Source of the DNA: Octopus sinensis
Taxonomy: Eukaryota
Assembly: GCF_006345805.1 (NCBI RefSeq)
Contig: NC_043006.1
Span: forward strand, 56,358,001-56,422,000
DNA length: 64,000 bases
Direction of reading: 5' to 3'
The position numbers were made by a program, and so were the translations under genes. Positions 52,022-64,000 of the stretch are shown piece after piece. Under the pieces are notes generated by a model that saw only the letters and a list, made by a program, of their open reading frames with translations, made no database searches and was not told the DNA's origin. Position 1 is the stretch's first letter. The number at the start of each line of letters is the position of its first letter.

Positions 52022-54565
52022 GAACCAAAAACGCAATAGAGGACAATAAAACATTCGGACAGATAGACGATACAAAGGTGGACAGGAGAAACCACAATTA
52101 GAAGGACAGACAGAAAAAGACGGGTCATTCGTGGCCTTCTTTCTTCACTCAAGTATACCAGAAGTCCTTACTGTTTCGGGCAGTTAAACTTGAGAAAGTT
52201 CGATCTGGTTGTCCCCAAAAAAGTCTAAGCTAAGAGCATTAGAATTTTTTGTAAGAAAGCTAGCGAGTGTGTATGGCAACAAAGACAAAAAAAAAACGGA
52301 GACCATGGTACACAATTCCAAATACAAACAACAAGAAAATAATAACGTGTCTTTTGACTGAGAACGAATGAAAGTGAGCTGGCGTGTACGAGGTGAAAGC
52401 CTAAAGGCAGGAATATAGGAAATGGACATAAGAGGTATTGGCGGTCGGCAGTCAGGCCAAGAGAGAAAGATCATAGCTGGCCTGATACCAGTCACATGGA
52501 AGGAGGAGAGAGTGTTAGGAGGCAGCAGAATTGAAGGCAGCAGAGACAAAGGGAAAGGTACAAGGGAGATAAACGATGGGGGAAAAGTGGGAGTTAGAGA
52601 AAGAGAGGGCCAATAAATGTGAGAAAGAGACGGGGAGCGAGAAAAAGAAAAGTGGAAGTATGAGGGGAACTAAAAGATAGAGTAAGAGTCGTACAAAATT
52701 TAGATACATACCTACAATAAGGTGAGCACACCCAGGGATCCAATTGTTCGACGTTCGTAAACTTCAAGGATTCCATGGAAGTTACAGAAAACAAAAAGTG
52801 GTCATGCACGGTCAGGAACAATAACAGTTTGTAAGCTTCAAGCAGTCAGTTTTTCGATATGGGTAAGTGTACAACCTTCGACGCCGAAGCATGCATTACT
52901 TCAACTAGAAAGATAACGTGATCAGGGCATCGAAAACGTGAAGAATCTTTCACATAGTAGCTCTTGGAAAGCGATCAAAAGCCTTTTTTAAGTCATAGAG
53001 GAAGAGAGGAGAGGTGGGTAGGAGTGAAGAGAAGAAGTAGGTGTCAGAGGAAGAGAGGAGAGGTGAGTAGGAGTGAAGAGCGGAGAGGAGGGGAGTCAGA
53101 GGAAGAGATGAGGGGAGTTGAGCCCATGTGGAGCAATTGAGCGAAGAAAGATTAATTCCTGTTCACAGCGAAGGCGACAGTCCGGATGGCCCCTGTGCAA
53201 AGACAAGCCGAACAAACACAGGTGTTGTAGTGAATGACCGGTAGAGGGGAAATAGTGCGAGACAGGGTTGCCATTGCCGTTGTACAGGGAAGGGCAGGAA
53301 GAGTAGATGTTGTAAATAACATTGCTAGAAGTACAGGTAAAGGAGTCGGTGATATGATAGGGAATATAATGGGTGCCTGTGAGTATGGTGGTGTTGGAGA
53401 GGTAGGGGCAAGTGCGGCAGCGTGGGTGGGATCAGGAGAACTAGTCAGACTGGGTAGTGGGTTTAGGGTGGAAATTGTGACCAAGAGGTCAGTATGTTGT
53501 GGGCTCGTTTGAAGGAGGGAAGAGATAGGAAGAGATAGATGTTCGAGGTGGAGAGGTCGGACTGGAGTCACCGGAAGGCTTGGAGGATGGCGTGTTGGAG
53601 AGGCAGGGTGGAGGGCTAGTAGGTGAGGGGAAACGGGAGTCGTGCAAGGGCAAAGCGAATGTGGGTAGAGAGAGAGTAACGGCACAGTCAGGAAACGTGC
53701 TCTGGCAAGGGCTGTGTGGATAGTGGAGAGGGGATTTCCACGAAGGATGTAGTGGCGAACCATGGGTTGAGACTGAGTCTGAAAGTCATGATTGTCACTA
53801 CAGAACCTGCACAGACGGAGGAATTGGGAGTAGAGGATGAAGAGCTTGGTGTGGGTCGGTGGGTTTTAGTGGATGGAGCTAGTGAGAGCGGAGTGGTGTA
53901 TGTTGACCGAAATGTCGAGAAATGCGACAGAAGTGTTGGAAATGGTGCAGAATCCGAGGGTAGGAATGAAAGATTGGGCAAAAGAGAAGAAGGAGTCTAG
54001 TTGTTCGCAGAAAAGTAAAACTCCCCTGCAAACGAGAAGCAGTTGAGGGAGAGAACAAGTTTGGCCAGACGAAGAATTGTGGAGGTGTCAGGTTGGGGGT
54101 TGGGTCGAAGGTCCAGAAAGTGTTTGAGTGAAGAGAAGTTTAGAAGGGCCAGGAGGGAAGGAGAAAGAGTTGAAGAGATGGAGAGCATGGTTAGGGTCAT
54201 GGATGTGGGAGGGGAGGGAAGCCACTAGGGAGCAAGAACATGGTCGTGGTATTTTGAGACCAATTCCGTGGGGCAGTTGCAAGTGGAGACGATGGTGCGG
54301 CCAGAATTGTTGGGCTTGTGGATTTGGAGAAGGAAATAAATGATGGAGGTGTGTGGAGTGCGGAAAATGAGGTTGGCGGTGGTGGGAAGAAGACGGGAGA
54401 AGGAGATGAGGTCATAGATAGTAGAGAACACAGTCTGTTGGTAGTTAGGTGTGGGATTGGGAGGCAGATGGCAATAGAAGGAGGTATCTTGAAGTTGGCG
54501 AAGAGCTTCAATCTTGTAGAGGTCATGCGCACCACAGACTCTTTTCTTCCAATCGTCACATCGTT
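52020..54565 (-). mobile_element. Penelope-like element, decayed, second family
   Basis: YFLLQIHKPNNSGRTIVSTCNCPTELVSKY, LVLSLNCFSF..EFY, ELIFLRSIAPHGLNS* (~53100-53157); purine-rich tandem repeats 52997-53110 in the 3' region. Confidence 0.88.
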
Positions 54566-56311
54566 GATATCTGCTGGATCAATGATAAGAGAGCCAAATT
54601 GACATTAGTTTCTTCTTAATATGACATAAGCAGTTCCAAGAGTTAGTTAAAGCATGTGAGACGCTACTATGATATGCTTTCCCGTATGTGACAAATATAC
54701 TAGCTATTTTAGCATGTGTGTATGCGTATGTTCATGCGTACTACATATTTTGTATCCACCCTTTTTTTTCTACTTGGGCGAGTTTACAGTCTATAACTTA
54801 TTTGAGTCTCTATGATAAGTGCCCTTCAAAGCTATTTTATTTACATTCATCATCAGTATCACCACATCCCTCTATTACTACACTATACTGATCTTTTCTA
54901 CATCTTCCAACGTAAAATGCATATTCTTCGCTGTGAAGGTTAAGCCGAGGCATGCCCATCATCTTGTTAGTACCATCTGGTTTTAAAGATAAAATCCATT
55001 GCAATCTGTATCGTCTTTTCTTTTCAAAAGTTTTGATTAGGTGATCATATTTGAGTTACTCTTCTTGCGTGTTCTTTTTAGATTTTGGACACTCTCCTAC
55101 AAGAATGCTTCGGCTACTTATTGCATGGCTGATCTCCATTAATCGAATCTTTTCAATTTACAACATTACATATATGAGACTCATAGCAAATGAAATGATT
55201 GTTCAGCTGAATATTGCCATCACTTTGAAAAAATATTGCATGTGACGCTGGTTTGAAAAGTTTTATGTAACTAAACACGTATTTTTTCCATTGTCTAGTC
55301 TGCTTACATTTTTAAATATTTTCTTTAAAATATTGTATTCAAACTGGTTATGGATGAGAATGATAGTAATGTTGGTGCTTATTTATTTGATGAATTTTTT
55401 CTATATATTTATCTGGGGTTTTTGTTTTGCGTGTTTTGTTCAGCCAATTTAATGCTAGAATTTTAGATTTAATTCTTCAGTGAAGTGAAAGTATTTGTTA
55501 GATTACACGTTAGATTGAGTAAAATCACTAACCTTTTTTAAAGTTTTTTCGTTAATGTTGTTTTGTTTTTGATGTAGCTGATTTGTAATGTTTTTCTTAT
55601 CAATGTTGTTTTACCTTTAATATTGCTTTTGTTGAAAATTTATAATAAAAATATTCTATCGTCATTTCATTTTGTTCGGCCGATCAAGGGAAAAATCTAC
55701 TTTAAGCAAGAGAGTTTTAAATAAAATGATAAAGAATACAATATTAAAAAAAAACACGACGAAATGTTTCAGAATAGAAGTTAAGTCTGTAAAACAATTA
55801 TATTTTTAGAGTAAGATCATATCGATAGAATAAAAATAGACTTTTTTTTAGTACTTGAAAATAACAAAAAAATATAATAGAACACTTTTTAATGATGGAA
55901 AGGAAATATAATTTTCTCGGTGTTTTAGTGATTAAAGAATAAACATCAAATTCTTGTTATATGTATATGTGATATTACTGCTTGGGTAAACATTTCAATG
56001 GATTTAGTCAATTGAATGATCAGGTACAGTTTATTGTTCTTACGCCTAGAAAGTGCCACGCGTCATTATAATCAGGAACTGTTTTCGGTTCCTACTACGT
56101 TCTTCGTCATAAATCAATTGACGGGAATATTGTATAACATAAGCATAAATTACAAGCATACAGTATTCATAAAAACACACACAAACACACGTATAAAGGC
56201 ACACATGTATGTATGTATGTATGTATGTATGTATGTATGTATGTATGTATGTATGTATGTATGTATGTATTTATGTATGTATGTATGTATGTATATATAT
56301 ATGTATGTAAA

Positions 56312-57156
56312 CAGAGTGCGACGAATAAATTGTTGTCTAAATTACGCAAAAATGAAAATAACACTGACATCTCATTTTAACAGATATATTTACCAAAATT
56401 GCATAAAAGTATCTTGAAATACTAAAGAGTAAATTTATTCAATAAAATTGCCATTGTCTTCAACCACGGCCTCCAGAAGACTTCGGAATCTCTTGCGACT
56501 CTTCTGGACGGTTTCCTTCTTTAAGTTGGTAAATACTGCCATAAATTTGCCTTCAGTTTATCTTGTTACAAGGATTTATTGGTCACTCGCTCAACTGCGC
56601 CCCACATAAAATAATCAAGGGGTTGCAGTCTGGGGAGTTAGGTGGTCAAATGTTAGTGGTGATGTGTTCGCAGAAATTGTCTGACAACTGAGTTCTCCCA
56701 CTTGTGTGAAATGGTGCAGAGTCCTGTTGCCATACATAGGGTGTTCCAACAGCCACTCTCTTGACACAAGCACTTGTAGGCCTCCGTATTCAGTGTGAGG
56801 TCGTATGAGAAGATGACTGGAGGCATAACGTCACCATCACTAGTGATCACTCCAAACACTATAATTTTGACCTGATGTTTGAGTATTATCACTCTCATCA
56901 CGTCTTCAGATTGCACTGTCCTCATATTCACACCCAAACACTCTAAACAATTTGTATTGGAGTTTCCGGCGCGAATGCCAAGCACCACAGCATGTCATTT
57001 CCAAATTTCTGGCAGATTTGTGTCATGGCGCTGCTTTTCTCACAGACAGTGCCCAACTGACCCTACTATACTGTGTAGTTGATAAATTCAAAAACAAATA
57101 ATGTGCATGAGTGAAATAAAAAATATGAAATGTTAACATTTACTTTTTGTATCCTG
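56312..57156 (-). mobile_element. Tc1/mariner transposon relic (maT/DD37D-like)
   Basis: VFGVITSDG, WQQDSAPFHTS, *PPNSPDCNPL-DYFMWG; degenerate TIRs CAGAGTG / ATCCTG|TA. Confidence 0.88.
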
Positions 57157-57270
57157 TATATATATAGGACCCTCGTCGTCACAACCGACGGAGTGCTCCT
57201 ATAATATATATATATATATATATAAGTATATATATATAAGTATATATATATATATATATATATAATATAT

Positions 57271-57301
<31 letters not shown>

Positions 57302-57317
57302 CATATATATATATATG

Positions 57318-57398
57318 AGCTCTGATGAAGCTATAGTGTGATACACAAGCATTCAACTATGAATACATTGCATCTTATAGTCGAAACAGGTGTAAGCT
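57318..57398 (+). ncRNA. Type-I hammerhead ribozyme motif
   Basis: AGCT-CTGATGA-AGCTATAG-[38 nt]-TTATAGTC-GAAA-CAGGTG-TA^AGCT; starts immediately after a (TA)n tract. Confidence 0.82.
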
Positions 57399-59235
57399 AA
57401 AGAAGTTCATTGCATAATTTCTTATTCTCTCGTCCGTTATTCAATCTCTTATTACTGTTCTTGCTCGACTGACGCTTTATTTTGAAGCACATGTATATTG
57501 AGTTCTAAAGCCAGCTTATTAGTAACGCTCTGCCTATGCGAAGTAATACTAATAAATATGTGTATATGTGTGTATGTGTGCGTCTGTCTATGTGTGTTTG
57601 TGTATGGGCATACTTATATCCATAATGTCAACTAAATAATGATACAAACAGGAAAATAAAGAAAACAAAACAACGCATGCATCATAAATTCGTATTTTTC
57701 CAATGTTTGTGTATCTACTTCAATAAAATATATTGATGTCACACAAGTCATGGATCCTCAAAAATAAATTATATAAATTTCCCTTTCGGGATTCTTATAG
57801 CGACATAACTTGAAAATAGTCAAGAAATATAATTTAGTTTGTTATATACTTCAACCTTGCATTCGCTCGTATATATTTTGTCCATGAATATCACATGATA
57901 AAGTTCCCTGCGTATATTTGACTCCTAAAAGTAAATAAGAAGAGACTATTGTTGTTTAAGTGCTTAGCTTAGATTCATTGATCAGAAACGGATTATCAAA
58001 TAGAACAGTTTCCAACATTCTATTGCCGGGTAAACTTCCATTGCTGCAAATGAGATATCCTCAACACAGAGAAATCAATTTAATTCAATGAAGCTGAAAG
58101 GTTTAAATACCACTATTGAGAAAAGAAATAAAGATATAACTCCTTGCAAGAAGCAACCAACACTAACAAGATTTTCTTTTTCATGGTTGGATTAGATACT
58201 CCCATTTTCGTTCTGGCAATTTTATTTTTAATAAATTCAATGCAGCTTAAGAATATTAAATATAAAACGAAAACGAAAATAATAGTGTCATTATAAACAA
58301 AAATGAATTAGCATGTTTTTTTTATGCATGAAAAATATTTAGAAATTTTATAGAACTTTTAATTGCAATTACATGGTATAGCTTACGCATTTCAAACACA
58401 CAAATTCATTAAACTGCTCCAAAATTCATACTCTTATCTTCAACATCGATATCATTCAGGATGAATGATATCATAAGGATAATCATTATATTCTCTGTCC
58501 TTACTTGAAGGCGTATCGTCCACTTTTCCTCCATGCTGTCGCATAGATAATCGCTTTCTATAAAATCTAATGCCTTCAAAATATTCACATTTCTTACACG
58601 ATTTTGATTATAATATCGGGCTTTATTTCCTTCTATGAATTAACGATCTATTCACTGATCAGAGATAGTGATGAAGCTCACCTACTGTGCATGTTTTTTC
58701 TGCGTCACGCAAACAATTATTCCACTGCATTCTCGTCGTGTTCTTTAATTATTTATTGATATTTACATCCAATGATTGCAAAACACCTGTAAGTCCACCG
58801 GAAATTACAGTTACATCATGGTTTATGATCGGAGGTTATCAAAGATAACCTCACTAGATGTGCTCCAAACGGATCCTTTATCCGTAACTCTCCTATCATG
58901 GAACCATAATCTCCCGTCTCCTCCCACCTGTTCACGCATCTATTAACTTTGTTTCTGGTTCTGTGAGTGAGTCATAAACTACTAATGTGATTGTCAATTT
59001 GTTTAATTTTGAATCATGATAATTCTGCATAAAATAATTATTTCAAATGCATTGTTTGTATTATCTGTACCAAGAATATCTATATAATTTTTATTTATCT
59101 TTTCAGTAAACTCACAACAAAAATTATAACACAGCGACCATAAAAGCGTTTCAGCCATACCTATTCAGTTAACACACACATACACATACGCACACACATA
59201 CATAAGTATACACACATAGTGTATACATACATACA

Positions 59236-59283
<48 letters not shown>

Positions 59284-59534
59284 TGAATGTATATTGAAAT
59301 TAACGATGTTACCTTTCAATAGGTGGTCCCCTTAATGACTAACTATTGAAATTATTCAGTAGTTGGGCATTATATCGTTCCCTCTATTTCGTGAAAACCT
59401 TCAGTCGTTGCATTCTTGAACTGTTCCCATAATTTGTGAATAACAATTGGTAATTAGATAATTATTGAGAATGATTGAAATTCTCTTCTTATAATATGCG
59501 CTAATTAAACGCGATCATGTAGGCATGTTTGCAT

Positions 59535-59585
<51 letters not shown>

Positions 59586-60189
59586 TTGTGTTTTTGTGTG
59601 TGTTTCTGATTTTGTTTATGACTTTATATTTGTATTCTTGTATATATGTGTAGCTTATTGTGTGTCGATTTATCAGACACATCAACCTTGTATGAACATT
59701 CACATGCATATGCCTGCAGTCTTATGTATATACGCATATGGATAAATACGTAAACTTTGATGCACAGACATATATGCAGAAAATCTGTGTGTTATGCAGA
59801 CAAGCTTTTGGATACAATATATTAACGTGAGTATATGTAAATGCATAGACTTTTATGGTTATATGTACATAAACATACGTGTCTGTACGCGCATAGATAT
59901 ACATGTATATCTATGTGTATGGAACACACGTTGCTACAGACACTTTCCATCTTTCTGTCTCCATCTGTCTATCCCTAACATTTGTATTTTTTCATATGCA
60001 TACATACAAACAAAGAACACACTTATGTATGTATGTATGTATGTATATATTTTATATATATGTATATATATATATATATATATAATATATATATATATAT
60101 AATATATATATATTATATATATATTATTATATATATATATATATATATATTGTAATCTTCACAATGTTTTCAATTTTTTTCAATTTTTC

Positions 60190-62220
60190 TATCGTTTCCA
60201 TTTGTACTTTCCATTTCAGCAAACGTCTCACAACACCATGTGACTGCTAATGCTTCCTTCTTAAGCTGTGAATATCTCTGCTTTGGCTCAGTGAGAGATC
60301 TCGATGCATAGAATACAAGTCTCCAGCCATCTCCTTCCTTTAGAAAAAGCACTTCACCCAAGCCATAGGAGGATGCATCTGCTGAGCTCAGTTTCTCGAG
60401 GCTTGTCCCATATCCAAGTAGTTTCTGTTTTAGTAGATCCCGGGGTGGTTTGGTCGTCTTTGCTAAATTCTCAACGAATTTGCCATACCGAGCAACCTTC
60501 TAACTCAGACACATTTTGTGGTTTGGTAAATTCCTTTATTGCTTTTACATTCTTAGGATCTACTCGCTTCCTTCTTTGGATATTATATGACTCAGAAATT
60601 TCACCTCACTAGCAGGGAATAAACACCTTTCATTTAGTGTTACTCATGCTGCTTTCATTCTTTGTAGTATCTTTTGTACCCTCTGGTCGTGGTCTTGTGT
60701 TTTTCCACTGACCAGGACATCACCTATATCACAAAGGACCACTGGTATTCCTGGCATTATGTGTGACATTTCTCTGTGGAAAATTACTGGTCCGGAGCTT
60801 ATTCCGAAGGGTAATCTTAAAGAACAGAATCGTCCATATGATGTAAGGAAAGTTACGGTCAAGTTTCATTAACACTGTGGCTCTTTCAAGTTCAGCAAGA
60901 AGTTGATCAGTTGAAGGAAGTGGACATTTTTCCCTTTTCCCACTTTCGTTTAATTTAGAGTAGTCGACACAAAGTCTGACTCTTTCAACTTTCTCCGGGA
61001 CCGCTACAGTGGGAGCACTCTAGTCTGTCGGGGACTTCACTGGACGGATAATTTTCTCTTTTTCTAATCGCTTTAACTCTTGCTGGACTTTCTTCTTCAT
61101 GGGAAGTGGTAGTCGTCTGGGGGCTGCGATTGAGAAAAGTTGAGCTGTTTCTTCCAAGTGAATTTTGTATACATGCCTCAATTTCCCTAGGCCTGGGGAA
61201 GTCTTTTTGTATTGGAGACCGTCAGTGTTAATCATATTGATTTTACTCAATAATGGTTCAGCTAAGTCTTGAACAAAGTACAGTTCCTGTTGTGACGTTG
61301 CTTTCAATGTGGCATCTACGCGTCCAAGTACTTTTATTTTATGTTGACCTGGTCCATATAACCTTTTGTTTGTCGGTTTTATTATTGGAGAATTCTTCCT
61401 GAAGAACCGGTCGGGTACTACTGCCACATCTGCGCCAGTATCCAGTCTAAATTCGACAATTATGCTGCAGACTTTGGTAGTGACTTCTATTTTTGCTTGC
61501 CGTTCTATTTCATTGTCTTCACAAACTGCATTTTTATATTTTCTAAAGAAGCATAACCTAAGAAATAATGTTCTTTCCTCTTCAACTCCCCTAACTCTTG
61601 AAAAATGTTTTCAAACAGTTGCGTGGTGTCCTATTTTCGAACACCGTTTGCATCTTACTGCTGGGACGGGGCAGTCATCTCTATTGTGAAATGTGAACAT
61701 TCCACACCGCATGCACTTTCTCTCAGGCATCTTCTTTTTATGTTGATACCCTTTTTTAATTATTTGGTCTTGTGAAATGGATTTTTGCAAGTTGGCGCAA
61801 GACAGCTATGTAGGTTTCTATGTTCTCGAAATTCCCTTGTTTCCGAAGGTGGAATTGATAAGTCTCATAATCTTAAAATTCCTCGAATTTGTTAATCATT
61901 TCAGATAGGCCATTTTTCTGCTCTTCATCGTCAAATTGTAGTCCTTCATGTGTATCAAAACAGTCTTCCCCAATATTCGCCAGAAATACAAAAGTTTGAT
62001 ATTCAGTATCGACTTCATTTGAGAGTCGACTGGCAATTGAATATTTCAAATGGTTTCGTTTAAATCTTCTCCAATTGCTGGCCACATTTCCTGATAAAGA
62101 CTTACTGGAGAATATGACTGTCCTAAATTGCTAGTAGGCTCTCCACCATCTCACTAGCGCGATCCAGTCAAAGAAGTGGTTTCCTTCTTGCTGCTCTGCC
62201 ATTGTAACTGTTCTGGGACT
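60190..62220 (-). mobile_element. Ty3/Gypsy LTR retrotransposon, decayed (gag, PR, RT, RNase H)
   Basis: NWRRFKR..gag; zinc knuckles CMRC..H...C and CKRCSKIGHH; FRLDTGADV; RLCVDYSKLN; RLPFGISSGP; DASSYGLG..YASRSLT..RYSQLKKEALAV. Confidence 0.93.
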
Positions 62221-62587
62221 GATATTAATGCGTTCTGCTATGTCAGATGCCATGCAACGAGGACTATCCTCCACACTTCTCTTAACAAAGAGAAAGTTCC
62301 TGTCACAGAGCCGTGGTCAACCCAGGTGAGGTGATTTGGACTCATTCGCCTCTCTGGTGAAGTGTACAATTACTCTAATTGTAGAGTATGTCCACTTCAG
62401 ATTGACCGACAATATGGGCTTTTTGAAATTTTGACAATTCCAAGGTTTCTTTTGTACGTGGCATAATTAAACAGTCACATACAGAACCTGAAACATAAGA
62501 ATTTCAGTTAATAAATAACATAAACCTTTACTAGTTATAATAAACATAAAACGATGTTTTATAGCGTGTTTATTTACTTCTGTTATA

Positions 62588-62681
<94 letters not shown>

Positions 62682-62988
62682 TATATATTACGCGTTCACA
62701 CACACACACATATATATATATATATACATCTCATTCTCCATGTGTGTGCGTGCGTACGCGTGTGTATAAGCAAACGTTGAACTGTTGCAAACAAATGGGG
62801 TGGGTGCAGGGCTGGCGCTCGATATGATGTACTGAATTTGAATATTTGTTTCGTGATTCGATTTTCATGCCATTACAATCATTTTGATGCTAAATTTCTT
62901 CGTCGGATAGGGTATGTGTTTATTTATTGTTTCCGTTAAGTGTTTTGGTTTTTGCACTTGCCTATTGACTGTTAGTTTTGTTTCTTTA

Positions 62989-63371
62989 TCTATTATATAA
63001 AATCCGTTCTGTCTGTCTGTGTGAGTGTCTTCTAGGCTCTCGGGCATCCTCCATCCGATTGCGCTCAAATTTATTATGTAGATACCGCCTGTATAAGTCT
63101 TGAAAAAATTACAAAAATCGATAAAGCCGTGGGAACGTGCACATGTTCGCGCAAGTACATCAGCTGTTGCAATCGATATTACACGTACGCGAGAAAAATG
63201 CATGTGCAGTTTGCGCAAAAAAGCCGGCCTGTTTGGTGTCACAAATTTAGCTTAAATCAGTGTTTCTCAAAGGGGAGGTCTATGGAACGGTTGGACAAGT
63301 TGTTTTGAAAAAATTTGGTTTAAATTTTTGACAACTCAGCACCGTCCATTGGATGGGGGGCATTTTGCTCG
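62989..63371 (+). mobile_element. Non-autonomous Helitron, short copy lacking ~400 bp internally
   Basis: Same A|TC...hairpin-CTCG|T termini and internal sequence as 49357-50155. Confidence 0.85.
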
Positions 63372-64000
63372 TTGGTTATATTTTGCATCGTGTTGTTAAT
63401 TTTTTTTTTTTTTGTATTTGTTGATGTCAGGACATATTTTTAATGTGTTTTACTCTTCTCAATTTATTTGTTACTTTGATAAATGTTTTATGTTTTACGA
63501 TCAAGTTTGCTTTGATATATATTGTGTTATATTTGTAAATATTGTTGATAAGGTTCTGTAAGTCAGAATTTCCTTTAAGTTAGGATTAGGAAATTTTAAT
63601 GACATGGTTGTGTGTGAATTTAACTGTAAAACGAATTAAAGGGATTTGTTTTTAATTAAGAGAATAGAACTATAAAACTAATTAAGAACATATGTCCTTA
63701 ATTAATTTGATTGTATAAATAACCTACATTTAAACCGAAAGTTAATTTATAGAGAGAAAATTAAAGACCATAGTTTCGGTTTTAGAGAGAGATTGATAGA
63801 AAGAAAGCGATATTAATGATTACCAATACGGCTAAGATGCATACATGTATACACACACACACACACAAACACACGCGCGCGCAAACACGCACAGACAGAC
63901 ACACTCACACACACATATATACATATTAACGATATTTACAACAGGCTTTATTTATCCAAAGTAGATCGCTTCCACTACGGCCGCATATTTTGATTGAACT

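Noticed and set aside
52162-52225. HHR in the pLTR of the second Penelope
   Set aside because: Only the GCCC-GAAA-CAG-TA half is visible on minus; no CUGANGA or stem I partner found.
1133-62709. Dozens of YIYI/VCVC/THTH/LSIY/MYVC ORFs
   Set aside because: Translations of (TA)n, (TG)n, (CTAT)n and (TATG)n microsatellites.

Overview
AT-rich, microsatellite-saturated eukaryotic DNA. The SINE types and repeat landscape suggest an octopus or other coleoid cephalopod, but that is inference and was not tested. No host protein-coding gene can be supported, and most ORFs in the track are microsatellite translations. The window is a transposon graveyard containing three tRNA-derived SINE families, Penelope-like elements (PLEs), R4/Dong, RTE and CR1-like LINE fragments, two decayed Ty3/Gypsy elements plus an LTR+PBS stub, a Helitron helicase fragment, a two-copy non-autonomous Helitron, and a Tc1/mariner transposase relic with several MITEs. 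The most interesting signal is seven type-I hammerhead-ribozyme (HHR) motifs in six distinct sequence contexts (8144, 11578, 13636 with duplicate 14086, 14459, 25275, 57318). They have minimal, mostly palindromic stem III, usually a 50-60 nt stem II domain, and mostly lie in short non-coding units next to (TA)n tracts, resembling PLE pseudo-LTRs or retrozymes. All calls come from reading the sequence by eye, and boundaries are approximate unless stated.
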